Assembly: GCA_023213395.1 (NCBI GenBank)
Contig: CM041465.1
Span: 145,893,741-145,957,740 of the forward strand
DNA length: 64,000 bases
Source of the DNA: Cycas panzhihuaensis
Lineage: Eukaryota; Plantae; Cycadophyta
Direction: 5' to 3'
Part shown: positions 39,178-51,652 of the stretch, piece after piece
How the letters are laid out: every line of letters begins with the position of its first letter
Position numbering within the stretch: position 1 is the stretch's first letter
The notes under the pieces: generated by a model
What the model was told of the DNA's origin: nothing
The model's input: only the letters and a program-made list of their open reading frames with translations
Database searches by the model: none
Made by a program: the position numbers and the translations under genes

Positions 39178-42100
39178 TAAATAAATGAAAATTAACCATT
39201 TTGATATTATTATACTATTTTTGTTGTATAACCAATGATGGTTGAATCGTTGATCTTTTATGTATGAAAATAGAAGTTAATCTAAGAATTGACATAAAAG
39301 GTATGTGTGTGTAATGTATGATTCTTCTTGTTATATCAGACTTGACCCTTGCACTTGTAAATCCTTGTGTATTATCCGATCTTGTGTCTAGTTGTAAGAG
39401 GACTATATGTAGTTCCCTGTTCTAATAACATTATGTTTTACATCATATTTGGTATTATCTATGCTTGCTTTATCTAGTTATAGTTGCAATTTTGTTTATA
39501 GATAGGCGATGTATAAATTGATTTCATTGCCCAAATAAATTTATAAGGAAGGATGAATAAAAAAGCTATAATGGGTAAGGCCGAGTAGATAATCTAGGAC
39601 CTCTTCTATGCCACCTAGGGCTAAAATAGAATCATGTCATGAACATAGTAAGCGTTGGGAGAAAGATAGACTCTAGGTGGGAGTGTGAAGGTTGAGATTT
39701 ATAGTCATGCCAAAGAAGCAAGTGAACAGGCGACCACTTGCTAACTCGATAAGGAGAAGAAAGTTGAGTACAAAAGATGAGGTATATAAAAAGGTAAACA
39801 TTGAGACAATTAGAAAGTTTACCAAATAAAAAGTGACACAAACTATAAGAGGCCAAGGGGATGCATTGGAAGAGGACCCCATTAAAGCAGATAGATTACA
39901 AAAAGAAATAATTAAGAAAACATTATTAGCCAAAGAGGAACCTTGGGAGGAAATAACTTCCTAAGCAAATAAAGGCAATTTGATTGAATTAGAATAGTAT
40001 AGTGCAAAAAATAATGGGTGGAATCACCATTGGCTTAAAGTAAGAACCCCTGTGAGTCATATTTAAATTTTTCTCTTCAAGTTAGTGATGTCAAGTCCAG
40101 TTGGAAGTGTGGGAGGTGGTAGTTCACCACTAGAGGGGAACCCAGCTAGTGGAGGCCCATCATCAAATTAATCACTATTCACCAATAAAGGTGGTGGTAA
40201 TCAACCACCAAGTGGAGCAAGTCAAGGAAGTAGAGTAGGACCTAATGGACATTATATTATTATGTAGAATGAATCTACTTTCTCAAATCTATAATTCAAC
40301 AGATCCATGGATTCAAGAGACCACTTGGTACTATTAAAAAATATGCTACAAATTTGAAAAATTGTGGATCTTGAAAATATAAAAGCCTACTTTTTTATCA
40401 CATTATAAGGAGCAATGATTACTTGGTTTTAATGTGTAGCAACATAAAATTTATCATGGGATCAAATATAGGATCAATTTCTAGATCATTTTCAAAAGCT
40501 AAGAGACTCAATTGCTATTTTTTAGGCCTTGGAAGAAATAAAGAAATATACTAGTAAATTAGTAAATGACTTGGATAGAGGAATGTAGGTATTAATAAAT
40601 AAAACATAACCAACTATGGCAATCAATCTCATATTAGTAATGAAATATTTTATGCAAGGATTAATCTCAAAATTAACAAACAAAGTCATGTTACATTCAC
40701 TGAATAGTTATGAGTAAGTGTAAGAGTTAGCTTTAAAGTTTAAAAATCAAATGAAGACAACATACTCTTAGTTGGTAATGCAACAAGCTTCATAAATGAG
40801 ACTAATTCTTTCCCAAATGTTGTAGACGGGAATAAAATCGTACAGGATGTATAGTTAAAATAATGTGCAAGCATCACACATGGGAATGAATATGAAGATT
40901 GAAGCATTAAGAAAAGAGGTAGAGGCATTGAAGTAACAACCACTAATATTAATGCATGCAAGCATGCAAAAGAATGCAAAAGTAGAGAAATTATATGCAA
41001 AATTGGCTAGGTTGCACTTAGAGAAGTTTTGAAACAATATTTAGTGTACCCCCCCTTGTAACAAGCAAGGTCACTTGAAGAACAAACACAATGGATCAAT
41101 GAAATATTGTGAATATTATCGGAAAACTAACCATAATACATGGGAATGATTTTCCCAAACAAATAATTAAAATCATAATACATTTTTTCAAAAGGCAGAA
41201 AGATTGGGAAACAATATAAAGAGAGGATGAAATTGGTCCATTGCTTTTTGTGCCACAGATAGGGACACTTCATATCAGACTACCCATTGGAGAAAAAAGG
41301 AGGCAATTTTATCTGTGAGGAGTGCAGATCAATAGATCATAAATGGATAAATTGTTTGAAAAATAAATCATAAAGTGTCAATTTGGTCGCAGCCATTCCA
41401 GACAAAGAGATGCGAGTTCAATTATAAACATAAAGTAGTAAAATAACTACAATGCGTATGTAAGATACCATTTTGGATCCAACAATAGAAAAGTAGAGAC
41501 TCTAATAAGTCGTGAAAATCCTTCAAGATATAATGGGTGAAGTGTAGCAAGAAGAGCTTTGATAGGAACAACAATTTAAAGGTCATACGTATAAGAGAAG
41601 GATAGTTCCTAAAGCTCTTTCTTCAAGTAAGGAAGGTATGAACCCATGGTAAAGTCTACAAGATGTTAAGAATATATTAATAGAATTCAGAGTCTTAATT
41701 CCTATTTCTACTGTATGTAAATGGTGGGAAGCTAGTTATTTTTAATAATTAATTTTGGACCATATTGAAAAGCCTGTGATGAGAGCAATTAAGGATAAGG
41801 GAATAGATCCTAGAGGTACAATGGCTATGTTTGGAATAACATTATGTGTAAAAATTTTTTATGATGGATCAGGAGTTAATGTATTTCTTGAATCTTCTTG
41901 GATAGATCTATGAAGGCTAGAAGTAGTTGCCTTAGATTATTCAATTATATTGGCTAACCAACTCCAAGTTAGACCTATGGGAACATTGATGAATATTCCA
42001 ATCACTATAGTAGGAATCAAAGTCTTGATAGATTTTGTAGCAGTCTGAATACAGAGTGAAAGGAAAACTTATCCTACACTACTAAGGAGACCTTGGCTTT

Positions 42101-42519
42101 TAACAACCAAGACCATTTAAGATGGGAGAATTTAATTTTATGCTCAAAGTAGGTAGTAAGGTTATAATTTTGCCATTATAATCTGTTAGACCCTATATTG
42201 AAAAGATTGAAGATGAACAATGAGCATTATCAATAACTATAGAAATAGAACCCACCATAAGTCCCTATTAAGAGATAGCTTACCAATTGCAACCAACATT
42301 ATCAAGTTGTTCATTATCATCATACATGATGAATTGACTTCAGAATATATAGGATGAAGTAGAACCTACTCCTTATTATAGGATAGAATTTTGTGTTGAA
42401 TCTTTAGAAAATTAAGAAATTTCAAAGAAAGAACCACCTCTAAATCTCCAGGATGAGGAAGAAATTTAACAATTTCAAGGTAATTTAGGAAGTTTCAAAG
42501 AAAATATTGTAAATTAAAT

Positions 42520-42955
42520 TTTTTTTTGGGACTAGTGGTGCTAAGAAAAGAAACATATAGAATATTGTAACCAAATTTTAAAGAATAAAAGGAATAAAAG
42601 GCAAGAAGAATTTTGTTATTCCTTGTTTTCATTATCCTTTATAGGATAAGCTCTCTCATGGTATATTACTCATAGTTATAATTTTAATTCTTGGGATGAA
42701 CTAAGTAGAAATTTTTTAATGAGATTTCATAATCAAAGAGCAAAGTTGCCAATATTTTGAAATGGTGATAATGCCAAATTTCATATAGAGAAATGTGTGT
42801 AAAACTAGGTTAAGAATCATATTCTAAAAACTGAATGGGTACAATGATAAGCACAAAGCTTTGAAAGAATATCAATAATATGGTATAACCATTGTGAAAG
42901 GGTATAATTGGTGGATTAGGATTTGCTTACCAAAGAGTTTTATAAAACTTTCATG
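42520..42955 (+). pseudogene. two tandem Retrotrans_gag/capsid-like domains inside the PR-RT linker of gypsy E
   Basis: One reading frame gives KHIEYC…LFSLSFIG*ALSWY…FNSWDELSRNFLMRF immediately followed by KLPIF*NGDNAKFHIEKC…EWVQ..AQSF..ISIIWY…VD*DLLTKEFYKTF. Confidence 0.75.
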
Positions 42956-45900
42956 TACTAGAGTAATGATAAATAAATTCAAGAAATTATAACCACTTTT
43001 GGAATTAAAACAATGAAGGTTGATCAAAATTGTTATCAAATATACATTACAGAATATGATCATGAGAAAGATTAAGGAAATATTCATAAATTTCCATCAA
43101 ATCACTCTACTATTAAATATGGGGAACAAGCAATTAATCATACACTAGTATATATGTTGAACCAACTAGTAAAACAATTCAAAGTAAGTACTAGAAGCTA
43201 CAATAAATAAATATTAATACTGAAAAGTAGCCTTAGATAATATTTATAGGATATTATTAGGATGTAGAAACAATTCAATAGGCCATGACACTATTTTTTA
43301 GAGTATAAGGATGTCTTCATTTGGTCCTATCAGGACTTGGAAGGGTATATCACCTAAATTAGGAGAACATGGGATATAACTGATTAAAGGAGAAAAGGCT
43401 ATTCAATGATGCCCCTATTGTATGAATCCTATATATAAAGAAAACATGAAAGTAGACCTAGACAAGCTATTAGAAGTTAGTTATATATTTAAGATCGAAA
43501 ACAACAAATGGGTAAGTCCAATTGTAGTGGTGTTAAAGAAGAATAAAAACCTCTGAGTTTGTGTAGACTATAGAGCTTTGAATAAAGTATAAAAGAAATA
43601 CCTATTTCTCATTTCATTTACTGAAGACATCCTAGGAAAGGTGGTAGGACATGAGGCATATTCCTTCATGAATAGATTTAGCAGGTATAATTAAGTTAGA
43701 ATTACTCTAGAGGACCAATTAAAGATGACTTTTATCACAAAATGGGGGACCTATGCATATAGAGTTATGCTTTTTGAGTTAACAAATGCACCAACCACTT
43801 TCTAAAGTATAATTTTGAATATTTTCTGATAGACAATTGGAAATACAATTAAAGTGTTCTTGGATTATTGGACGATCTATACTTTGCTCAAAGACCATTT
43901 TGAATATTTGTGATTGATATTTGAAACATGCAAAAGAAGTAAGTTATGTTTAAACCTAGCTAAATGCATATTTATAGTCCCATTTGGATCTCTATTGGGA
44001 TACATTGTGATAAAAGAAGGGCTACAAATAGATTTGAATAAAGTATTAATTATTTTGAATTTTCCTACACCAAAAATAGCAAAATAGATAAAAGATATTT
44101 TAGATATGATAGGATATTATAGAAAGTTTATTAAAGAGTATGCCCAAATAGCTAACCCCTTAGAGACCCTGCTAAAAAAGAAATCAATATAGAGATGGGA
44201 ACTATGACAGCAATTGGCGTTTGATCTATTGAAAAAGAAGATTGCATAAGCACCTATTTTGAGATTTCTATATTGGGATAGACCTTTTCACTTGCATATA
44301 GATGCTTCATTATTGGCTATTGGATGTAAATTAGCTTAGCTGGGCAATGACAATATATATTTTCCTATTTATTTTACGAATTGTAAGTTAACCTAGGAAT
44401 AGTACAATTATTTAGTCACAGAATGTGAAAGTCTAGACATGGTCTATACCTTACAGAAGTTTGGGCATTATTTGTTGGCTAACCCTTTCATCTTTTTTGT
44501 AGATCATCAAGATTTACGATATTTGATAAATAAACCAATGTTGTAGGGTAGGACCAATAAATGGTTAATGTTATTCCAAGAGTTTAATTTCAAGATTATT
44601 ATCAAAAAGGAGGATAAGCATGTAGTACCTGATGTGTTGTCACAGGAGGTAGATGGAGAACTAACCACTGGAATACATGATGATTTTTCTAATCCTAATT
44701 TTTTTTCTATAGAAATAGTACCAAAGTAGTATGAAGGAATTATAGAATACTTGGCTATGGGACAAACACCCAAAAGATTGCAGTGGGCAGAAAGATAGAG
44801 TTTCATCCAGAAGCCCTTCCCATTTCAATTGATATGAGGAATGAGATACAAACTAGGTCTGAATGGCATATTGAGAATATGTATATTGGAACATGAAGTG
44901 CAAGCAGTATTGTAAGAAGCTTATGAGAGAGTGGTAGTAAAGCACCAAAGCGTTGAACCCATAGTATGAAATATTTTATTAGTAATCCTTTGGTGCCAAC
45001 ACTATTCGAAGATACGGATAAATGGGTTCATAGTTACGATGTTTTCCAACACATAGGAAAACAAAGTAAACACTACTTCATGCCTTTCTACTTGATCTTA
45101 GCACAAGTGTTGTTTGAAAAATAGAGATTAGATTTCATTAGATCAATTAGGCCCCAAGTCAAGTAGACCAATATAAGGTATATATTGGTGGCCACATATT
45201 TTTTAATAAAGTGGATAGAAGCTTGACCTCTCAAGAATTATGATATTAGGAGTATAGAAAGATTTTTGTATAAAACTATAATTGTTCATTTTAGCTATCC
45301 TTTAGAGTTGGTATCATATCAAGGTAGACATTTTTTGAATAACACTATAAAATATCTTAATATTGAGTTTATGATCCAATACTACTAATCCTCTCCTTAT
45401 TATCCTAAATCTAATGGCTAAGTAGAGAGCACTAATAAGATTTTGGAATTAGTTTTATCAAATATTTACACTGAAGGAAGGATTGATTGGGCGAAGTGAT
45501 TACATTCTATCTTTTAGGCAGATAGAATGACAATTAAATGACCACATAGGCATATATGGCTTAGAAGTTATACTCCCAATGAAAGTTCAAGCTGAAAGTC
45601 TCAAGATAGCACTCCAATTATAAATGAAAGAGCAAGATTCAAGAGACCAGAGGATTTTGGAATTACTAAAATTGGATGAACGAAAGGCATGAGCCTTATG
45701 GGAATTAAAAGTTGACAAGAAATGATAGAAAGTGGCATGATTAACACATGTAGACATCACAATTTAATGAAGGTGATCTCATACTCATATATGATAGAAA
45801 ATTCTAAATAAAACCAGGTAAAATAAAATTACACTGGTTAGGATAATATAAAGTGATTTATATTAGGAAGAATGGAGTAGTCTAATTCAGATAAGTAGAT

Positions 45901-46439
45901 GGAAAATACCCCTTAAAGTGCTCAATAGGAGCAGGTTAAAACCTTACACAACAAGGTAAAAAAAATGATGTAAAATATAGGGGCAGTAAGTATTGTTATC
46001 ATCACAATGACAACCCATGAAGGTTCATAAAATAAGAAATATTATGATCAATAGTGGCATATTTGGTTATAATCATCTATGAAAATTGATGATTACGATC
46101 AAAAGGATGTAACCATTATTATAGTGAGGTGATTACAATCCTAATAATTATCCTTTCAATGATCATAATACGACAAGTGTGGATAACTGCGACGGCCTAT
46201 AAGTCCTACTAATTATGGCAAGATAAAAACTTCTCCTCCAAGACACTATTGATATATTAATCTGGGCAAGAAAAAACCTTTTAGTTTTGAATTTATAGGC
46301 AAGTGTGGTATAATGGAAGAAGACAAGATGAAGATAGTAATGAATGAATTTCAATAAGTAATAATAGGTTTTAAGGAGCTAAACAATGATCAAATTTATA
46401 AATAGTGGTTGGAAATGATACCAGAGTATCCCCTTAAGA

Positions 46440-46880
46440 AGAATTTGATATCTACAAGATTTAGCTAGTATGTGTTGGTGGGTTTCTTCTATTTATTTTT
46501 AATTTTCTTTTAATGGTGACTATGATAGTAGCCCAATGACTGTCCCTGTTGTATTTTATTCATCTAAGGTTATTACAAGCTTGACCGAACTACCTAACCA
46601 AGGGCTAGATATTCTAAAAGACAAGCAAATATATAGGGAATATGTAGCATGCAAAATTAGAGCGAAGGAATCTGATGTCTCTAGCTTAAGAATTTGTATT
46701 CTAGGAATTTCATCAAAGAAAATATAATGGGTTGTACACTTTTTATTCACTTGAGTTGTACTAGCATAAAAAAGTTTGTTTGTTCCTAGTTATTTATGTT
46801 AAATATTAATTAAGGTTATGGAAGACTAGTAATTTAATTAGGCCAGATTTGCCTCAAATAGATTTTTAAAAAATTTAGTA
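46440..46880 (+). pseudogene. remnant of the 3' accessory ORF of gypsy E
   Basis: SKVITSLTELPNQG and VMED**FN*ARF align by eye with SINLIGRIIKLPNN and VQEGLKLNWSIC of gypsy C. Confidence 0.5.
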
Positions 46881-46882
46881 TC

Positions 46883-47053
46883 TGTCATGTTTTTCTATCC
46901 CATCTTGGTAGAATTCCACTTCTTTAATGATAATAACACACAAATATAATGCCCAAATAACACCAAAAGAGAGCACCTATATTGCAATACCTTTCAAAGG
47001 AGCAACCTCTCAATTACATGCAATATCAATGATATTTAAGATACTCCACTCTA

Positions 47054-47110
<57 letters not shown>

Positions 47111-47687
47111 TGATACACAACCTTCTGTTTTTGTATGTGAAATATTATGTGAATATATATAGAGCTCTATGGCTACTACACAACCTCCTACTTATGCATG
47201 TAGGATATTAAGAAGAGGGAAGAAGTAGAAGAAATAAAAGATATAAGAGAGAGAAGAAATAAAAAGTATAAGACAATATAAGAGAAGGAAAGTTAAGGGC
47301 TTAAATCCGCAACAAGTCCTCTCTTTTAAAAAAACTTTGTCCTTAAAGCTTACTAATCTCAAGATGTTCATGGATAAATTGCTCATTCTCCTGGTTATAT
47401 TTTCTTGTGGAAGTTCTTTCTATTTGATGAAATACTTAATGATTTGCTTAGATTGTGGATGTCAGATTCTTCAGTTGATGATGCATTTTAGAATGAGTTG
47501 AAGTTACCCCTCCTTATTTAAGATAAGCAATTCTGTTTGAATTTGTACCTATTGTCTATTTACCCTCTTAATAAATAAAACATGAAAGATATTATAGATC
47601 CTTGATGGTAGTGGTAAGTCTAATACATATGCAACTCCACTAATCTACTTAAGAATTTTATAAGGTCTATAAAATTGAGGTTGTAAT
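46883..47687 (-). mobile_element. chromovirus relic F (chromodomain tail, PPT, 3' LTR 46883-47314)
   Basis: LQPQFYRPYKILK..VAYVLDLP..SRIYNIFHV..KYFIK*KELP. The rc PPT AGTCCTCTCTTTT follows ...GCAACA. Confidence 0.82.
47059..47108. repeat. (TA)25 microsatellite inside an LTR
   Basis: Perfect dinucleotide run. Confidence 0.97.
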
Positions 47688-50600
47688 TGTTGAGAATACA
47701 AGGTCCAAAACTTTAAACTACCACAAGATTTGAACTATTTTGTAACTAGTTACAGGAATTGAAACTAAGATTTAACATGCAAGTTCTAAAATCAGAGGTA
47801 ATACAATAACATCAATATATACAAGCTAAACATCCCATATGTACCCAATATAACATGGTAAAACCCTAACAGTATGCTAGGGAAACATCCACATAAGAAA
47901 TGTATCGATCTTTATTGCTATAGAATGGAGAAACAATACATCTCAGTAGCAGAGTACTCTTAGGAACAACAACCAGCCGTCACCCTCATCGCAGTACATT
48001 ACATTCAATATAATAAGAAAAGCCCTAAAATGAGCTATATGAGAGGGACATCCAAGGCATGAATCTTAACCGTAGAATCTAGTGTATTTGTATCGAACGT
48101 CCCTGATTCTCTTTACATTTTAATAAGGTTTACAAGGCTAATTTTTCGGGTCGAGGGTTATCGCCCCTGAACCCCCTCTTAGTGGGGGGCATTCCATGCC
48201 CTCCCACACCCCTCGGCCAAGGGGGACTCCCGCCCCCCTTGGAACCCCCTGAGAAAGATTAGAGGGGGAAACCGCACCGAAAACATGCCAAAATTTTAGC
48301 CTTAAACGATTGTTGTCACAATACCTAACAATCTCCACCTTGACAATAATTTACCCAGTACCTTTCCTGGATGCTTCATCATCTTTTCTTCAAGCCAAGA
48401 GAAGTCAAACACCATTTGAACTTCTCTACTGGTACTAGTTTTGTGAATATATTAGCATAATTCTGATTGGTGTGAATCTTCTCAAGTGCCACTCCACCTG
48501 CTTCCACAACCTATCTAATAAAATGGTACTTAAGAGTAATATGCTTTGTTCTACTATGATAAGCCAGATTCTTAGCTAAGTAAATGGCACTTTGACTGTC
48601 ATAAAATACCTTTACATTTTCCTGTCTCCTTCCAAGCTTAACCAATAGACCCTATAACCAGATTGCTTCTTTACAAGTATGTGCTGCAACAACATATTCA
48701 GCTTCTGTGGTTGACAGTGTAATTGTGCTTTACAATTTGGACATCCAACTAACTAGACCACTTACCATTTGTAAGAGTGAAAACATAACCTGAAGTAGAC
48801 CTTCTTTCATCTAAATATCTTGCAAAGTCTGAATCAACATATCCACAAACCTAATTATCTATACCTCCAAAGGTGATGTAGTAGTCACTTGTATCTCTCA
48901 AATACCAAAGCACCCATTTCACTATAGCCCAATATTCTTTCCCTAGATTTTCCATAAACCTGCTAACTACACCAACTGCATGTGAAATATCAGGTCTAGT
49001 ATATACCATGGCATACATCAAACTTCCCACTGCACTGGCATAAGGCACACGAGATATATAAGTCTTTTCTTCTTCACTACTATGACTCATATTCGAAGAA
49101 AGCTTGAAGTGGGAAGCCAATGGGATACTCACTGGTTTCACATTTGCCATACCAAACCTGGTTAGCACCTTCTCAACATATTTCTGCTGTGATAACTATA
49201 GCTTACCATTTTTCCTGTCTCTGTGTATCTCCATGCTTAAGATTTATTTTGTAGCTCCTAGATCCTTCATATCAAAAGTCCTAGCCAATTGAGCCTTTAG
49301 CTTATTGATTTCTTCCATGCTCTTGCTTGCAACCAGTATGTCATCAACATATAATACCAAGATAATGAATAAGCCATTGTCCATAAATTTAAAGTAAACA
49401 CAATGATCATACTCACTTCTTTTAAAAATTTGACTCTCCTTGAAGGAATCAAACTTCTTGTACCACTACCTGGGTGATTGCTTCAGGCCATACAATGATT
49501 TCCTGAGCCTGTAAACAAGTTTTTTCCTACCATCTTGTACAAACCCTTCTAGTTGATCCATATAGATCTCCTCATCTAAATATCAATGTAGAAAATTTAT
49601 TTTTACATCTAACTACACCAACTCTAAATCGAGAGAAGCTACCAATGCTAACAACACTCGAATTGAAACAAGTTTGACAACTGGTGAAAAGATCTTATGA
49701 AAGTCAATACCGCTTCTCAGGCAAAACCTTTAGCCACCGCCTTGCCTCAGATTTATCAACCTTTTCATCAACATCTATTTTCTTTTTGAAAACCCACCTG
49801 CAACCAATAATCTTCCTACTATGTGGAAGTTCTACCAAGTCCCATGAATTATTTTTCTTCAAAGAATCTATCTCTTCCTGCATAGCTCTTTTCCACTTCT
49901 CACCATGGATATCATCTACTGCTTCCTAAAAACATGTAGGCTCACCATCATTAGAAACCAAAGCAATAGAAATAGAAGGGTTGTACCTGTAAGGTGGATG
50001 ACTAACTTGTGTAGATATTCTAACTATTGGCAGAGGAGTGACTACATGCTCTTGTGAATCTGCTGCTGATTCATCTTCAGAAAGATCTTCATGCTCTTCT
50101 GATTCTATAGATGGTTGCATTTCAAACTTGACTTGTTGATGTTCAGCTTGCTGCTCCTGTTTCATTTCAACTTCTCCACTATCTGATTTTACAAGGGCAG
50201 ATTCATCAAATATGACATCTATGTTAATGGTGATTTTGTGGGCAGTAGGATCCCATAACCTGTATCCCTTCACACCATCCTTATCACCATAACCAATAAA
50301 GATATACCTCTTAGATTTTGGGTCTAACTTTGAACTTTACTTTTGTCAGTCCAGGCATAAGCATCACAACCAAAAACTTTTAAATTTGAATAATCACATG
50401 GATGTCCAGTCCATACCTCTTCAGGAATCTTACAATCTATTGCAAGTGATGGTGACATGTTTACCAGATAGTAAGCTGTTTGAATAGCTTCTACCCACAA
50501 GCCTTGCTCTACTCTTGCATTACTTAGCATGCTTCTTACTCTTTCCAAGAGTGTCATATTCATGTGCTCAACAATGCTATTTTGCTATGGAGTATAGCTA

Positions 50601-51652
50601 GTGGTCTTATGTCTTTTGATCCCAGCTTCTCTGCAATAGTTCTCAAACTCTAAGGAGTTGAACTCACCTCCATTGTCAGTTCTTAAGTATTTGATTGTCT
50701 TACCAGTATTATTCTCAACTAGAGTCTTGAACTGCTTAAACACACTAAAAACTTCAGATTTCCTTTTCAAAAAATAAACCCGTACCTTCCTAGAGTAATC
50801 ATCTATAAATGTGACATAATACAATGATCCTCCACAAGATATTTTAGGGGTTGGTCCCCATACATCTGAATGTGTGTAATCTAGAATGCCTTTACTAGTG
50901 TGACTCCCTACTTTAAACCTGAGTCTACACTGCTTTCCAAAACTATAATGTTTATAGAAATCCAAATTTGAAAGTTGCAAGTTAGGAAGCAACTTACAGT
51001 TTATCAGCACCTTAAGTCCTCTCTCAGTCATGTGCCTAAGTCTCTGATTCCATAACTGAGCTGGATCTTCTACAGTCTTTGATGTTGTAGCTGTTTGGAT
51101 GACATCTGTACTTCCCTCTAAAATGTAAAGAATTCCTTTCTTTAAGGCTTTCATAATAACCAAGGTGCCCTTTGACACCTTTAGGGCTCCTTCATGAATT
51201 ATATGCTTAAAACCACCTGAATCTAATTCAACTAAGGAAATCAGATTCCTTTTCAAATTAGGTACATGTCTAACCTTAGTTAATGTTCTAACTACCCCAT
51301 CGAATATCTTAATTCTGATGCTACCAATACCCATTGTCGTATAAGAAACTTCATTTCCTATAAGTACATCACCACTATCAAGAGGTTGGTATGATGAGAA
51401 CCAACTCTTATGTAGACACATGTGGTGCGAAGCACCTGAATCTAATAACCAGTCATGGTGATAATGAGAAACATTACAAGCAACTAAGACATCATCATCC
51501 ATACCTTGATTTGACTCCACCTGATTTACCTCCTTGGTAGGATCTTCCTTTTTCTAGAACTCCTTCCTTTTGTAATAATCCTTCTTGAGGTGACCGATCT
51601 TATTACAATGCCAACACTTAAGCTTACTCTTTTTGCTCTTTAACTTGGACAT
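47688..51652 (-). mobile_element. Ty1/copia copia-4 (Tork/Tnt1-like), interrupted in gag by the Tat element
   Basis: 3' LTR 47688-48330 (TGTTG...CTAACA) and PPT AAGGTGGAGAT. CWHCNKIGHLKKD knuckle, WLLDSGASHHM, LRTDNGGEF, LVLYVDDIL, YASAVGSLMYAMV. Confidence 0.93.

Larger units (their letters stand above)
38532..46880 (+). mobile_element. non-chromovirus Ty3/gypsy E (same family as C): putative 5' LTR, gag-PR-extra domains-RT-RH-IN, accessory ORF; 3' end lost
   Basis: Putative LTR 38532-39445 (AGATGT...ACATCA, then TTGGT). Gag from ~39608 with Cys/His knuckles at 41100-41360. PR DGSGVNV…YPTLLRRPWL; RT PYCMNPIYKENMKVDLDKLL; RH FHLHIDAS; IN ends NRSRLKPYTTR* at ~45958. Confidence 0.88.
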
